Below, piece by piece: positions 22,316 through 32,646 of a stretch of DNA of 64,000 nucleotides. How positions within the stretch are numbered: the first letter of the stretch is position 1; each line of letters starts with the position of its first letter. The notes below the pieces were generated by a model, which saw only the letters and a program-made list of their open reading frames with translations, ran no database searches and had not been told where the DNA came from. Source of the DNA: Terriglobia bacterium (GTDB lineage Bacteria; Acidobacteriota; Terriglobia; JAJPHL01; JAPKYU01); the NCBI GenBank assembly GCA_965206645.1, contig CBDBKE010000003.1:256001-320000 (forward strand), given 5' to 3'. Both the position numbers and the translations under genes were made by a program.

Positions 22316-22407
22316 CTGGTTTGTACTTCTTTATGGGCATGATCGGACTTCCTCCTCAAGTGGATTCTCTCTCTTTCCAGCTGGTACAAATAGTGCCGGT
22401 ATGGTCA
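22316..22407 (-). mobile_element. IS3-family left-end remnant cut by IS5 copy 1
   Basis: Minus strand TGACCATACCGGCAC..GTACCA..GAGAGAGAATCCACTTGAGGAGGAAGT..ATG (MPIKKYKP) is homologous to the start of the element at 31250. Confidence 0.7.
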
Positions 22408-22508
22408 TTCCCAGACGCAAGGTTCGCCCCACAAGGCGACAACGCAATTCCCGCTTGACTAAACGGTCATAACTGCGGTGCGGCCAGTAATAGCTTCGAT
22501 CCCAGCGC

Positions 22509-23846
22509 TTACTGTTCTCCGAGCAGAGTGTAAGATCTGATGCGACTCAAGAGATCTCCCCTACTCCGCGATAATTCGCGAACCTCGCGTCCCGGCGACA
22601 GGCTAGTAATGACCGACTTGCCAATTAGGTACCGGCCAGAATTCGACTCATTCGCGGACCCCGTCCTTAGTCCCCAAATCGTGTGAAACGCTACGGGAGA
22701 GCCTTCGAACGCTCCCAAATAAAGCATGTTGTGGCCGCTCAGGTTTAGAATTGTACGGAAGGGAACGGCTATAGCCATAATGCGCTCTCGCTTTTCGGCA
22801 AGGGAGAGTTGTTCAATAGTCACATTTTTCCCTGCGTTCGCCTGTCTCCTCGAATTGCGAGGAAGAGGTAAAGCAAACGGAAGGAAGACGTCCAGGATCG
22901 TGGACGAACAGTCGCGATAACCGCCCAATCCACCCCATCCATAGGGCTGCCCGAGTATTTCGTTGATCACCTCGGCGAGTTGATCCTCAGAGAACGGAAG
23001 AGGAAATGGAGCGGCGTCCCGGTCCGACAGACGAACGTGTGTCACCGACGCACGACGGCTTGCATCCGCCACCGGAGCTAGCAGATGTAGGCTGGTTTCG
23101 GACCTTGTCGTCATGGGCAACAGCATACCGATCCGGCCTTGGAACAAGAATCCGGTCCGGTTGCTTGAGATGGGTATCCGATCTCGCCGTACAGCGGCTA
23201 AGTTTGCAGAGCGGTACTTCGCGACGAACTCCTCGTCTACATACGCGATGTCCCGGGAATCGATCCAGCCGCAGGCATAGGGTGATTCTGCAGCGAGAAA
23301 TCGTCCATCCTGGGAGGTGTGCGAAAGGAAAAGGGGCGTTCCCGCCCACACCGCCGAGTTCTGGTTGTAATCGAACGGATATCCTTCTCCCGCATTGCGG
23401 AAGTCGTAGAAGAACGGGTCGGCTGAAGGAAGCGCGCGCATCGATGTGTTTCGGATTGTGATCCCGTAGTCGGCTCGACTGGGATATTGGCCGAGTTGCG
23501 CGTTCGCCGTGACGGCTTCAACACGGGAGGCGGAGACTTCCAACAGGTTGGGACCAAACATCGACTGTTTTGGAAATGATTCTGCAGCCCAACTGAACTC
23601 CTCCGCTGTACAGACCTCCGGCTCGGTTCGCACCCAAGGGCCGTACCAGTAATCTTCAAACTCCCTAAGCCGATGTTCATTGACTTCGAGAATTGGAGGC
23701 CCTCCGATTTCCGCAAATGCCGTGGCATCTTGCGGGATTTTTGCCAGGTCATCAAGAGGGCCGGTCGATACCAGTGCAATTTCATCCGGAGCGCAGCCGA
23801 TGACCGACAAGAGCGCAACTGCAACCACGAACCTACCTGAAGACAT
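22509..23846 (-). CDS. NlpC/P60 (C40) peptidoglycan endopeptidase lipoprotein with SH3 domains
   Basis: Lipobox VIGC; GEGYPFDYNQNS; PYGWGG...RDCS, LPRNS..Q, GHNMLYLG. Confidence 0.9.
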   Translation of the reverse strand: MSSGRFVVAVALLSVIGCAPDEIALVSTGPLDDLAKIPQDATAFAEIGGPPILEVNEHRLREFEDYWYGPWVRTEPEVCTAEEFSWAAESFPKQSMFGPNLLEVSASRVEAVTANAQLGQYPSRADYGITIRNTSMRALPSADPFFYDFRNAGEGYPFDYNQNSAVWAGTPLFLSHTSQDGRFLAAESPYACGWIDSRDIAYVDEEFVAKYRSANLAAVRRDRIPISSNRTGFLFQGRIGMLLPMTTRSETSLHLLAPVADASRRASVTHVRLSDRDAAPFPLPFSEDQLAEVINEILGQPYGWGGLGGYRDCSSTILDVFLPFALPLPRNSRRQANAGKNVTIEQLSLAEKRERIMAIAVPFRTILNLSGHNMLYLGAFEGSPVAFHTIWGLRTGSANESNSGRYLIGKSVITSLSPGREVRELSRSRGDLLSRIRSYTLLGEQ

Positions 23847-24174
23847 GAGTCGCCCCTACTTCCTAACACTGCAGAAAAATGACTGGCGGATCGTCGAGAA
23901 AGTCGTCCCAGTAGTCTATCGGGCCGTCCCATTCCAGGGACAGCTTCGGCCCCAGCCACCCGACGGTCGGTCTTCTGTTTGCGAACATGGCTGGCTCGGA
24001 TCTATGCAGCGTCTCCGATCCACTTCATGGCCCAACCGGTCCAGTAACTGCCGATCAGGATGTCCGAAGGCGGAGGACGAGAGCGCGACCCTCCCGGGGG
24101 TGGCGCGGCAATGCACATGCGCACACCCCGCCGTGCCGATCCAGAGGCCCCTCAAAACTGCGTTAACCGATTTC

Positions 24175-24693
24175 TCATCCACCCAAGAACATGCCGAGGA
24201 TCAGGAAAATAACGACATTGACCACCCACCCAATCAGGCAAACTCCAATGGCGCGGCCGGTGCTGGTGTAGTCCAAGGCCTGGCGCACCGCAATGACAAA
24301 TGCAATCAGCATCCAGATGCCCGTAACCAGAAAGACGAGTCCCCCCAGCACCGGCACGACTCCCAGGATGCGCAGGATTCCGGGCGATGACGCGAACCCG
24401 ATGGTGCGCAACAGCTGGCCCCAGTCGGCGTGCGTCTGCGGCATAGGAAGAATCCGCGTCCCAATGACGTAGGTGAGCCCTGCCCAGATGAATCAGCCCA
24501 GGAGGGCGCCGATCGCGCCGACCAGCAGCCCGGGTGCGCCTTCCTGCCCAATCATGCCGATGCCGGCCGCCAAGCTGGAAAGAATCACCACGCCCATGGC
24601 CTGTCCGAAGGCGGTACGGTCAGCCTCGACTTCCTCGTAGATCCGAACATCCAGCCTGGCCGCGCCAATCACTCGTTCTGCGAAGGACGCCAT
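24175..24693 (-). pseudogene. Yip1-family membrane protein with an internal in-frame TGA
   Basis: IYEEVEAD...LLG-TGA-FIWAGLTYVIG...LLRTIGFASSPG...AVRQALDY, all in one frame; stop at 24493-24495. Confidence 0.78.
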
Positions 24694-24897
24694 TTGCTGT
24701 CGTCTCCTTCCTGCCCTGCGGATGATTCACTTTCCCGTCTTGGGCGGGATTGTACCAGTTCCATTTCCCAACCTAGGGCTTGACCAGACCGATTTTTTGT
24801 GCCACACGTAGTGTGGCCCCTTCAGGGGCAGCCACTGTGGAGCCTGTCTCGGGTCGCACCTTCGCCATCGGCACGCGTGCCGTTTTCGCCACGGGGG

Positions 24898-25959
24898 GGC
24901 GTTGTTGCGTAATTCGCGCTCGCGGCGAACCGGGCCGAGAAGCTCATCCGCCTCAGTACACGCGCTCCGATCGTGGCATTCCAAGCTCCGCCATCCGGTT
25001 CAGCACAGCGCACTTGATCGCGGCTTCGACTTTTTGGTTCTTGACCGTGCGGGCCGAGAGGCTTACCCCGAGTATCGCCTTGTACCGTGAGACCGCATTC
25101 TCCGCCACGCTCTGGCGAGTGCAGCCACTCGACTTCCGCCACTCATAACGGCCCTGCGTCCTAATACGCCGGAGATTGGTATCACGCATCGCACGCCACG
25201 GAGGCGGATGAGAGTCTCGGCTGCATCGTGCATTGCGTTGCGGCAAGATCGTCACGATAGCGTCGTGCTGGAGCACGGCCTCGCAGCAGGAACCCGTGTC
25301 GTAGGCCCGGTCTGCGGAGACTTGCCCGATCGAACCAGGAGTCTTAGACAGCAACGAAGAGAGCCTTCGGGCGTCGTGGACGTTGCTCGCAGTCAGGTCC
25401 ATCGCAACGATCTCTTTCGTCGTCTCATCGATGCCTAGGTGGAGCTTTCGCCATGTCCTACGGCGGAGGGTTCGGTGTTTTCTGATGTGCCACTCACCGG
25501 CTCCGTAGATCTTCAGGCCCGTCGAATCGATGACGACATGTCGTGGTCGATCCGTGGGCCCTACACTCAGTCGGACGTCGACGGCGCTTTGCCTTCGGCT
25601 CACCGTGCTGTAGTTGGGCACTGGGAGGTCGAGAGCCATGAGCGCCACGATGGATTGAAGGAACCCTTGAGTGGTCCGTAGGTTGAGGTGAAACACCGAA
25701 TTCAGGACCAGCGCACATTGGATCGCCGCATCTGCGTAGACCTTGGGCCGGCCTCGCCCTTCGATGGGTCCTGGATGACGCCAGGCAGCGACTGCCTCCG
25801 TGTCGAACCACAGTGTCAGCTGCCCACGTTTCACCAGAGCCCGGTTGTACTCCGGCCAGTTGCGAACCTTATATCGGAAGGTGTAGTCGCTTTTGCCCAT
25901 CCCCTAGCCTATCAGGGGAGAGAGCGTTGGGGATGGAGTCAGATTTCTGCAACAACGCC
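24898..25959 (-). mobile_element. IS5-family element copy 2; transposase 24953-25900
   Basis: Same IRs and near-identical transposase to copy 1. Confidence 0.93.
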
Positions 25960-26018
25960 CTCGAGGTGCTCCAGCGAAACGACTCGACAGGGTGTTCGCT
26001 ATATGAGAACATCTATGT

Positions 26019-26288
26019 GTGAAGGTGGTCGGGAAGATCGAGTGGGCGACCAAGGCCGTGAAGGACATGCGTCGCCTCGCCGCCCCGGCCCGCGCACGGA
26101 TCGTCGCTAAGGTCGAACAGTACGCGGCGGATCCGGCATCGCTGGCCAACAACGTGATCCAACTCGCTGACAGCAGGTATCGACGGCTACGGGTTGGTAG
26201 CTATCGGGTCCTCTTCAGCGTTGAAACCAACACGATCACCGTGCTGGTGGTTCTGAGAGTTCGGCACCGGAGCGAAGCGTATGACTGA
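26019..26288 (+). CDS. RelE/ParE-family toxin
   Basis: 89 aa, basic; IEW...A.KD..RL, YRRLRVGSYRVLF, VLRVRHRSEAY. Confidence 0.88.
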   Translation: MKVVGKIEWATKAVKDMRRLAAPARARIVAKVEQYAADPASLANNVIQLADSRYRRLRVGSYRVLFSVETNTITVLVVLRVRHRSEAYD

Positions 26289-26619
26289 TACCGACACCAT
26301 TACGCTGCCACGAGCGCAGTACGAAGCCTTGCTCGCCGAGAAGGAAACGCTTGCGGATCAGATAGCCGCGCGCGACGCAGATGATGGGAGCCGCATCCCG
26401 CATGAGGTGGCATTGGCCATCATGCAGGGCGAGCGCCCCATCGTCGCGTTTCGAACCCATCTCGGCGTCACCGTGCGTGATCTGGCCACGCGAACGGGAA
26501 TCGCCACGGGGTACCTGTCCGAGATCGAACGCGGGCGCAAACCCGGCTCTGCAGCTGCTCTGTCACGCATTGCCGGGGCCCTTGGGACGACGATTGACGC
26601 CTTGGTGACACTCAGGTGA
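26281..26619 (+). CDS. XRE-family HTH antitoxin
   Basis: Overlaps the toxin stop; FR..LG.T..DLA.RTGI..GYLSEIERGRKPGS. Confidence 0.85.
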   Translation: MTDTDTITLPRAQYEALLAEKETLADQIAARDADDGSRIPHEVALAIMQGERPIVAFRTHLGVTVRDLATRTGIATGYLSEIERGRKPGSAAALSRIAGALGTTIDALVTLR

Positions 26620-27023
26620 CGTCCTGAAATAGGACGCCACGGCACCCGCCGCCGTGTCGCCAAGGGCATCTTCCGGCGCGGCTCCGGCCTCGCCGCCGGT
26701 GTCGACGCTGTCTACCGGTGTGAGCGCTACTTTCCGGCACACACCCTGCTGCGAGACCAATTTGGGGGTAGTAGGATACTTGACCCGAACGGCGCGAATA
26801 CCTCATGGTCAAGGACACTGGGGACCCGAGGCCGATCGAAAGAGGCTCTTGGTTCGATTGCGATCGGGACGTCACTGAACAGGCGGTCCTCCTAGCGAGG
26901 AGCGTTGCCACAATGTTGCCACGACCGGGGTCGATTCAAGGGACTCTCGGAGACGGGAGGGCACGTCCGCATGGCTGGAACGTGATGACCGACAAAGATT
27001 TGTTGCCAGAAGTCCCGCGCCAT

Positions 27024-28085
27024 GGCGTTGTTGCAGAAATCTGACTCCATCCCCAACGCTCTCTCCCCTGATAGGCTAGGGGATGGGCAAAAGCGACTAC
27101 ACCTTCCGATATAAGGTTCGCAACTGGCCGGAGTACAACCGGGCTCTGGTGAAACGTGGGCAGCTGACACTGTGGTTCGACACGGAGGCAGTCGCTGCCT
27201 GGCGTCATCCAGGACCCATCGAAGGGCGAGGCCGGCCCAAGGTCTACGCAGATGCGGCGATCCAATGTGCGCTGGTCCTGAATTCGGTGTTTCACCTCAA
27301 CCTACGGACCACTCAAGGGTTCCTTCAATCCATCGTGGCGCTCATGGCTCTCGACCTCCCAGTGCCCAACTACAGCACGGTGAGCCGAAGGCAAAGCGCC
27401 GTCGACGTCCGACTGAGTGTAGGGCCCACGGATCGACCACGACATGTCGTCATCGATTCGACGGGCCTGAAGATCTACGGAGCCGGTGAGTGGCACATCA
27501 GAAAACACCGAACCCTCCGCCGTAGGACATGGCGAAAGCTCCACCTAGGCATCGATGAGACGACGAAAGAGATCGTTGCGATGGACCTGACTGCGAGCAA
27601 CGTCCACGACGCCCGAAGGCTCTCTTCGTTGCTGTCTAAGACTCCTGGTTCGATCGGGCAAGTCTCCGCAGACCGGGCCTACGACACGGGTTCCTGCTGC
27701 GAGGCCGTGCTCCAGCACGACGCTATCGTGACGATCTTGCCGCAACGCAATGCACGATGCAGCCGAGACTCTCATCCGCCTCCGTGGCGTGCGATGCGTG
27801 ATACCAATCTCCGGCGTATTAGGACGCAGGGCCGTTATGAGTGGCGGAAGTCGAGTGGCTGCACTCGCCAGAGCGTGGCGGAGAATGCGGTCTCACGGTA
27901 CAAGGCGATACTCGGGGTAAGCCTCTCGGCCCGCACGGTCAAGAACCAAAAAGTCGAAGCCGCGATCAAGTGCGCTGTGCTGAACCGGATGGCGGAGCTT
28001 GGAATGCCACGATCGGAGCGCGTGTACTGAGGCGGATGAACTTCTCGGCCCGGTTCGCCGCGAGCGCGAATTACGCAACAACGCC
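27024..28085 (+). mobile_element. IS5-family element copy 3; transposase 27083-28030
   Basis: Same IRs; transposase translation identical to copy 2; opposite orientation. Confidence 0.93.
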
Positions 28086-28292
28086 TTTCAGCTGTCGTTT
28101 AACCGATTTCTGCGAGTCGGGTTTCAGGGATCACGAGTGACTTCCAATGGCGGACTGATTCTGGTCCGGGAGTTGGATGAGCGTCTGGGATTCAGCGAAC
28201 TCATTGACGAGCACCTGACCGATTCGCGGGCAAACAATGCTCGGTTTTCTTTCGCGGACCTGCTGCGGCAGTCGGTGTACAGCCGCCTGGCT
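28086..28292 (+). pseudogene. IS1380 transposase 5' fragment
   Basis: Nearly identical to ~7550-7756 (FQLSFNRFLRVGFQGSRVTSNGG...YSRLA); cut on both sides. Confidence 0.88.
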
Positions 28293-28424
28293 GGTACTGT
28301 CAAGTTGAGCAGAATCTGCCCGTTTCGCGGAAGGATTCTGCTGGATCAGAGACTGAGAATCAATGACTTAGCGGTGGCGGCGGGCGGCGAGAATGCATGC
28401 CAAACTGCTTAACTTAACAGTACC
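28293..28424. mobile_element. 132-bp miniature element with IS6-type terminal IRs
   Basis: GGTACTGTCAAGTTGAGCAG ... CTGCTTAACTTAACAGTACC; left 14 bp are identical to the IS6 end at 39080. Confidence 0.7.
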
Positions 28425-28517
28425 CATCCAGATGCGGCGGCGGGTCCGTCGTTCACGCCATCGATTCTCGAGTCCTAGGTCAGCGAACACATAGCCGCTG
28501 GAGCATGAAATCTGCAT
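28425..28517 (-). pseudogene. XRE regulator N-terminal remnant
   Basis: MQISCSSGYVFADLGL resembles the SSGNVFADLG N-terminus of XRE antitoxins; truncated. Confidence 0.55.
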
Positions 28518-28521
28518 CGCT

Positions 28522-28818
28522 TCACACCGACGGCTGCGGCTGGTATCGCTCGACGTTGATCCGGTCTGCGTCCTTGCGCGCCTGGACGAGATCCCAAGTG
28601 GTCTGTCGGCGCAGCCAGAACTCGGCATTGGACCAGCCCGCCTTCTCAAGCCGAATGGCCATCTCCGGGGAGATGGCCGCGTGGCCGTTCAGAACCCGCG
28701 AGAGGGTGTGACGAGCGACACCCAGCACCTTCGCCGCTTCGGTCACGTTCAAACCGAGCGGGTCCAGGCAGTTCTCGCGGATACTGCGTCCGGGATGCGG
28801 AGGATTGCTCATCGTCAT
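28522..28818 (-). CDS. higA: HigA-family antitoxin
   Basis: NPPHPG..I, TEAA..LGV.R.TLS..LNG...[15 protein letters not shown]. Confidence 0.9.
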   Translation of the reverse strand: MTMSNPPHPGRSIRENCLDPLGLNVTEAAKVLGVARHTLSRVLNGHAAISPEMAIRLEKAGWSNAEFWLRRQTTWDLVQARKDADRINVERYQPQPSV

Positions 28819-28832
28819 GTTGCTGCCTCCTA

Positions 28833-29111
28833 CTAGTGGTAGTCGATCAGGTCGACATCGTAGGCATCGCCATGTTCGAAACGGAAGATAACCCGCCAGT
28901 TGCCGGAAATCGAGATGCTCCAGTATCCCTTCAGTCTACCCTTCAGCGGGTGAAGCCGGTAGCCGGGCAGGTCGAGGTCCAAGGGCTTGCGGGCATCGGC
29001 AAGGTCCGCCAAGGCAAGCGCGACACTATCCGCCAAGGCGGGACCCACACGGCTCGGGTCGCCGCGCTCGTACATGCGCTTCAGGCCGCGATGACGAAAC
29101 CTCCGGATCAT
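28833..29111 (-). CDS. higB: HigB-family toxin
   Basis: [44 protein letters not shown]; toxin-first order. Confidence 0.9.
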   Translation of the reverse strand: MIRRFRHRGLKRMYERGDPSRVGPALADSVALALADLADARKPLDLDLPGYRLHPLKGRLKGYWSISISGNWRVIFRFEHGDAYDVDLIDYH

Positions 29112-29160
29112 GAGGCAATGTACCGCATACCGGCACACATGCCAATTGGAGAATCCCGTC

Positions 29161-29310
29161 GGACCTGACCGGCCTTTGGTTTTTTAATCCAAAGGGAAGG
29201 TGAGTGTTGCGGCAGAATCTGGAAGCTGGAGGAGTGGATTTTGCCGTGAAGAAGAAGCATTTTACAGTGGAACGGAGCGTGGGGATTCTGAAACAGGTAG
29301 AAGTGGAGGT
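29161..29310 (+). mobile_element. Degenerate IS3-family left end and orfA start
   Basis: GGACCTGACCGGC end, then GTG-KKKHFTVERSVGILKQVEV, typical of an IS3 orfA N-terminus. Confidence 0.55.
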
Positions 29311-29438
29311 AACGGTACCGTATCAAAACCCTATGTTCGGAAGCGAGTGGGGTTGCTGACTGAGCGAAAGCAGGTACCCCAAGTTGTTGATAATAGGAGG
29401 AAACGGATGGAAGCAATGTAACTGAAAGAAGGACTTTA

Positions 29439-29488
29439 CCTGCCTGTCACGCAGGAGGTCGCGAGTTCGAGTCTCGTCGGCCCCGCCA
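29439..29488 (+). tRNA. 3' half of tRNA-Asp(GTC), att-type fragment
   Basis: CCTGC-CTGTCAC-GCAGG anticodon arm, AGGTC, GCGAG-TTCGAGT-CTCGT T arm, CGGCCCC-G-CCA; no D arm or 5' acceptor strand upstream. Confidence 0.88.
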
Positions 29489-29889
29489 TTTAACTTCTGT
29501 GTTTTCAGTACCTGTTTTTCTTTCCTTATCTCGGCCTGGTCACCCAGTTCCCGGCGTTTTCGATGAATTGGAGGCGGGCCGGGCAAGAATTGGCTGGTCC
29601 TATCGCGACAGCCTGGTACTCCGCTCGCTACTCGGCAAGATCGAACGGGGGAACACCTGGGCCAAGATGAACGAGAGAAGCCAGTAGGTGCCTCGGATTC
29701 CTAACGCGGGTCGTGCTGAGTGGCTACTTGGTGTATCCGCTAAGTCGGACTGCAGGTGCCGAAAGGTCTAGGGCAAAATCGATTCTTGCGAAAGGGAGGT
29801 GATGAATGTAGGTGACGATTTCGTGGGGAGTAATGCCTGGTTACGAGGTGTGAGTAAACTGTGTAAGGACTTGCGAGAAACGATTTACG

Positions 29890-29911
29890 ACCGTGACAAA
29901 ACCGTGACAAA
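29890..29911 (+). repeat. Tandem 11-bp direct repeat (arm-type integrase site candidate)
   Basis: ACCGTGACAAA x2, about 100 bp from the tRNA-Arg junction. Confidence 0.55.
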
Positions 29912-30014
29912 ATCCCCGAATCTGAGTCGGTTGGGATTAGCTTTGAGCGAAAAGCAGAGTCCCTAAGTTATTGAACAATATAGAAGCAGATAGACGCAAT
30001 GGAGAGGAGTTCAG

Positions 30015-30056
30015 TGCTTAGAAGGCAGATGCTCTGTCCGCCTGAGCTGCGGGCGC
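30015..30056 (-). tRNA. 5' half of tRNA-Arg(TCT), disrupted just after the anticodon loop
   Basis: Minus strand GCGCCCG-CA-GCTC-AGGCGGACA-GAGC-A-TCTGC-CTTCTAA-GCA, then unrelated sequence; no T arm or CCA. TGTTAGAAT extended -10 lies about 10 nt upstream. Confidence 0.82.
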
Positions 30057-30193
30057 GATCTTAGGAATTCTAACATGGGCGCGCGTGGGTCCTGCTCCTG
30101 AGTGCAAACCATTCGCCTTGCATGCCGGTTCGTCGGGCGGCAGTCTGTCCATGTTGCGGTTGGCCGCCGCCCGCTCTTTAACGATCTGCCGCC

Positions 30194-30640
30194 TTAGCCG
30201 GTGTTGGAGATTTGCAGGCGCGCGGCCTCTTGGGCCAGCTTGTCCGCACGCAGGTTGTCGGGATGCTGCGCATGACCCTTCACCCATTGCCAGCGCATCC
30301 GGTGGCGCGCCAAGCTTCGGTCCAGCGCCTCCCACATGTCCTTGTTTTTCACCGGCGTCTTCCCTGAGGTTACCCAATGGTTCTGCTTCCATTTGGACAT
30401 CCACTGGGTCACTCCGCGGCGGACGTATTCCGAGTCGGTGACGACGGCAACCTGGCAGGGCTCTCTTAGCGCGCTGAGCCCCTTGATCACCGCGGTCAGT
30501 TCCATGCGGTTGTTGGTGGTGTGGGGCTCGCAGCCGTACAATTCACGATAGCGCCCCCGGTAGCGCATCACGCAGGCCCAGCCGCCCGGCCCAGGATTTC
30601 CCAGGCAGGAGCCATCTGTGCTCAGTGTCACCTGTTTCAT
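30194..30640 (-). CDS. rnhA: Ribonuclease HI
   Basis: TDGSCLGNPGPGGW, TTNNRMELTA, TDSEYV, VKNKDMW, WVKGH, N.RADKLA. Confidence 0.95.
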   Translation of the reverse strand: MKQVTLSTDGSCLGNPGPGGWACVMRYRGRYRELYGCEPHTTNNRMELTAVIKGLSALREPCQVAVVTDSEYVRRGVTQWMSKWKQNHWVTSGKTPVKNKDMWEALDRSLARHRMRWQWVKGHAQHPDNLRADKLAQEAARLQISNTG

Positions 30641-31249
30641 TGAGGTAGGCCGCGAGCGCATGCCAGGGCGCCCGTATCGGCCTGCGATGATTTAACCACA
30701 TCAAGGATTGGATTCGTGGTGCCGCGCCTCTGAACGGACAGTTGGGGAGCGAGCGGAATTCGTTGTCACGGCCCGTGTTCAGCCAAATGTACCTCTGTGC
30801 GCTGTGAGGCACATCGGGGGCCAAAGACGCGTGGCTGACCGTGCCAGGGCGCATCTTGCTTGTACTGCGGAGGATAGCACCAGCTCAAGCGGTTTCCCGC
30901 AAGCCTTGGCGCGGCTGGGAAGCGCAAACTCTTGCTCACAGAAGTGCGTTTTGTCTTGACATGAAAAGCTTCCCAGCCAAACCTGGTAGGTAAGTTTCTT
31001 GGCTGGATCCCCCAGTTGACTCCCCTCGATGTATAGGTGTAGGTCTTAGCACACCGGCCGCGATGGTGGGTGATTAGTTCTTTTCGGCCGAACTAAGAAT
31101 TTGCGAAGTGTAAAGCTCCCCCTGTCGGACACGTACGTTTTGTGCGGGTCTGGCTGAGCCAGAATGTCACGCGACCTGAGACAACCACGTGCACGGTGAA
31201 CTGCCATGACTACCACAGCACAATTGGGCTCCTTGCACCTGTATGCCCC

Positions 31250-32498
31250 TGACCTGACCGGCACTTTTTGTACCAAGTGGAAAGAGAGAGAATCCACTTG
31301 AGGAGGAAGTGAGGTCATGCCGACAAGGAGTTACAAGCCGGAGCAGATTGTAGCGGTGCTGCGGCAGATAGAAGTGCAGATGGGGAACGGGAAGACTGCG
31401 CCCCAAGCCTGCAAAGAAGCTGGAATCCACACCCAAACCTACTACCGGTGGCGGAAGGAATACGGCGGGCTGAAGGTGGTGCAGGCAAAACGGCTAAAGG
31501 AGTTGGAGAAGGAAAACACGCGGCTGAAGCGGTTGGTAGCGGAGCTTTCTCTGGAGAAGCAGGTGCTGCGGGATGTGGCACAGGGAAACTTCTGAGCCCT
31601 GAGCGGCGGCGTTGTGCGGTGAAGCGTGCGTGGGAGCAACACGGGTTGTCGGAACGGCATGCCTGCCGGCTGCTGGGGCAATGGCGAGGGACACAACGAT
31701 ACGAGCCGATTCATCGGGTGGACGAGGATGCTCTGACCCGAGCGATCATTGCCCTGGGAGCGAAGTACGGGCGATATGGCTACCGGAGGATCACAGCGTT
31801 GCTGCGGAGTGCGGGCTGGGAAGTGGGCAAGGACCGGGTGCAGCGGATTTGGCGGCGGGAAGGGCTGAAAGTGCCGCAAAAACAAAGGCCGCGAGGACGG
31901 CTGTGGCTGAACGACGGTTCCTGTGTACGACTGAGGCCGGAGCGACCGAACCACGTGTGGAGCTACGACTTCATGAGTGCCAGAACGCACGAGGGGAGAA
32001 CGCTGCGGCTGCTGACCTTGCTGGATGAGTACACGCGGGAATGCCTGGCGATCCGGGTGGAGCGGAGGATGGGCAGCCAACAAATCATTGAGGCGTTGTC
32101 GGACGTGATGTTGTGGCGAGGGATACCGGAACAGATTCGATCCGACAATGGTCCCGAGTTCATCGCCAAACAACTGCGCCAGTGGTTGGCAAATCTAGGG
32201 ACCGGGACACTGTACATCGAACCGGGCAGTCCCTGGGAGAACGGGTACTGCGAGAGTTTCAATGGGAAGCTGCGGGACGAATGCCTGAATGGAGAGATCT
32301 TCTACTCGTTGAAGGAGGCACAGGTGCTGATTGAACAGTGGAGGGTGCAATACAACACGGTGCGGCCGCACTCGGCGCTCGGCTATAGGCCCCCGGCGCC
32401 GGGGGCTTATAGCCATCCCCTGCCACTGAAACCAGTTTCACAGCCCCAGGCTGCGATGTGAACTCTCACTACGGTTGGTACAAAAATCGGTCTGGTCA
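31250..32498 (+). mobile_element. IS3-family element type B copy 1 (orfA 31317-31595, orfB to 32461, -1 frameshift)
   Basis: TGACC...GTACCA / TGGTAC...GGTCA IRs; slippery G GGA AAC at 31583-31589; YGYRR, WSYDF, RSDNGPEF, ESFNGKLRDE. No target-site duplication. Confidence 0.93.
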
Positions 32499-32646
32499 CT
32501 ACCACATCGGTGTTCCCCTGTCGCTCTGGGATGGCTTGCTTGAGGTGTGCGAGTGGGCATTACTGCAGGACGACTGGAAAGACCTCTCCGCCGGTGCCTG
32601 CTCTTGCCTGCCGTCCCTCGATGTTGGCGCCGTGGACGTGTCCTTA

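Noticed and set aside
24493-24495. Selenocysteine or alternative genetic code
   Set aside because: The context suggests Trp in a membrane helix, and TGA is a normal stop elsewhere in the window.
29540-29687. 62-aa ORF resembling a restriction-associated protein N-terminus (ELEAGRARIGW)
   Set aside because: Too short and degraded to assign without a search.
29769-29815. c-di-GMP-I riboswitch (GGGCAAA...GAAAG)
   Set aside because: Poor stem pairing and no GACGCAAA second half.
29439-30056. Split or trans-spliced tRNA
   Set aside because: The halves belong to different tRNAs (Asp, Arg), their acceptor strands do not pair properly, and att junctions explain them.
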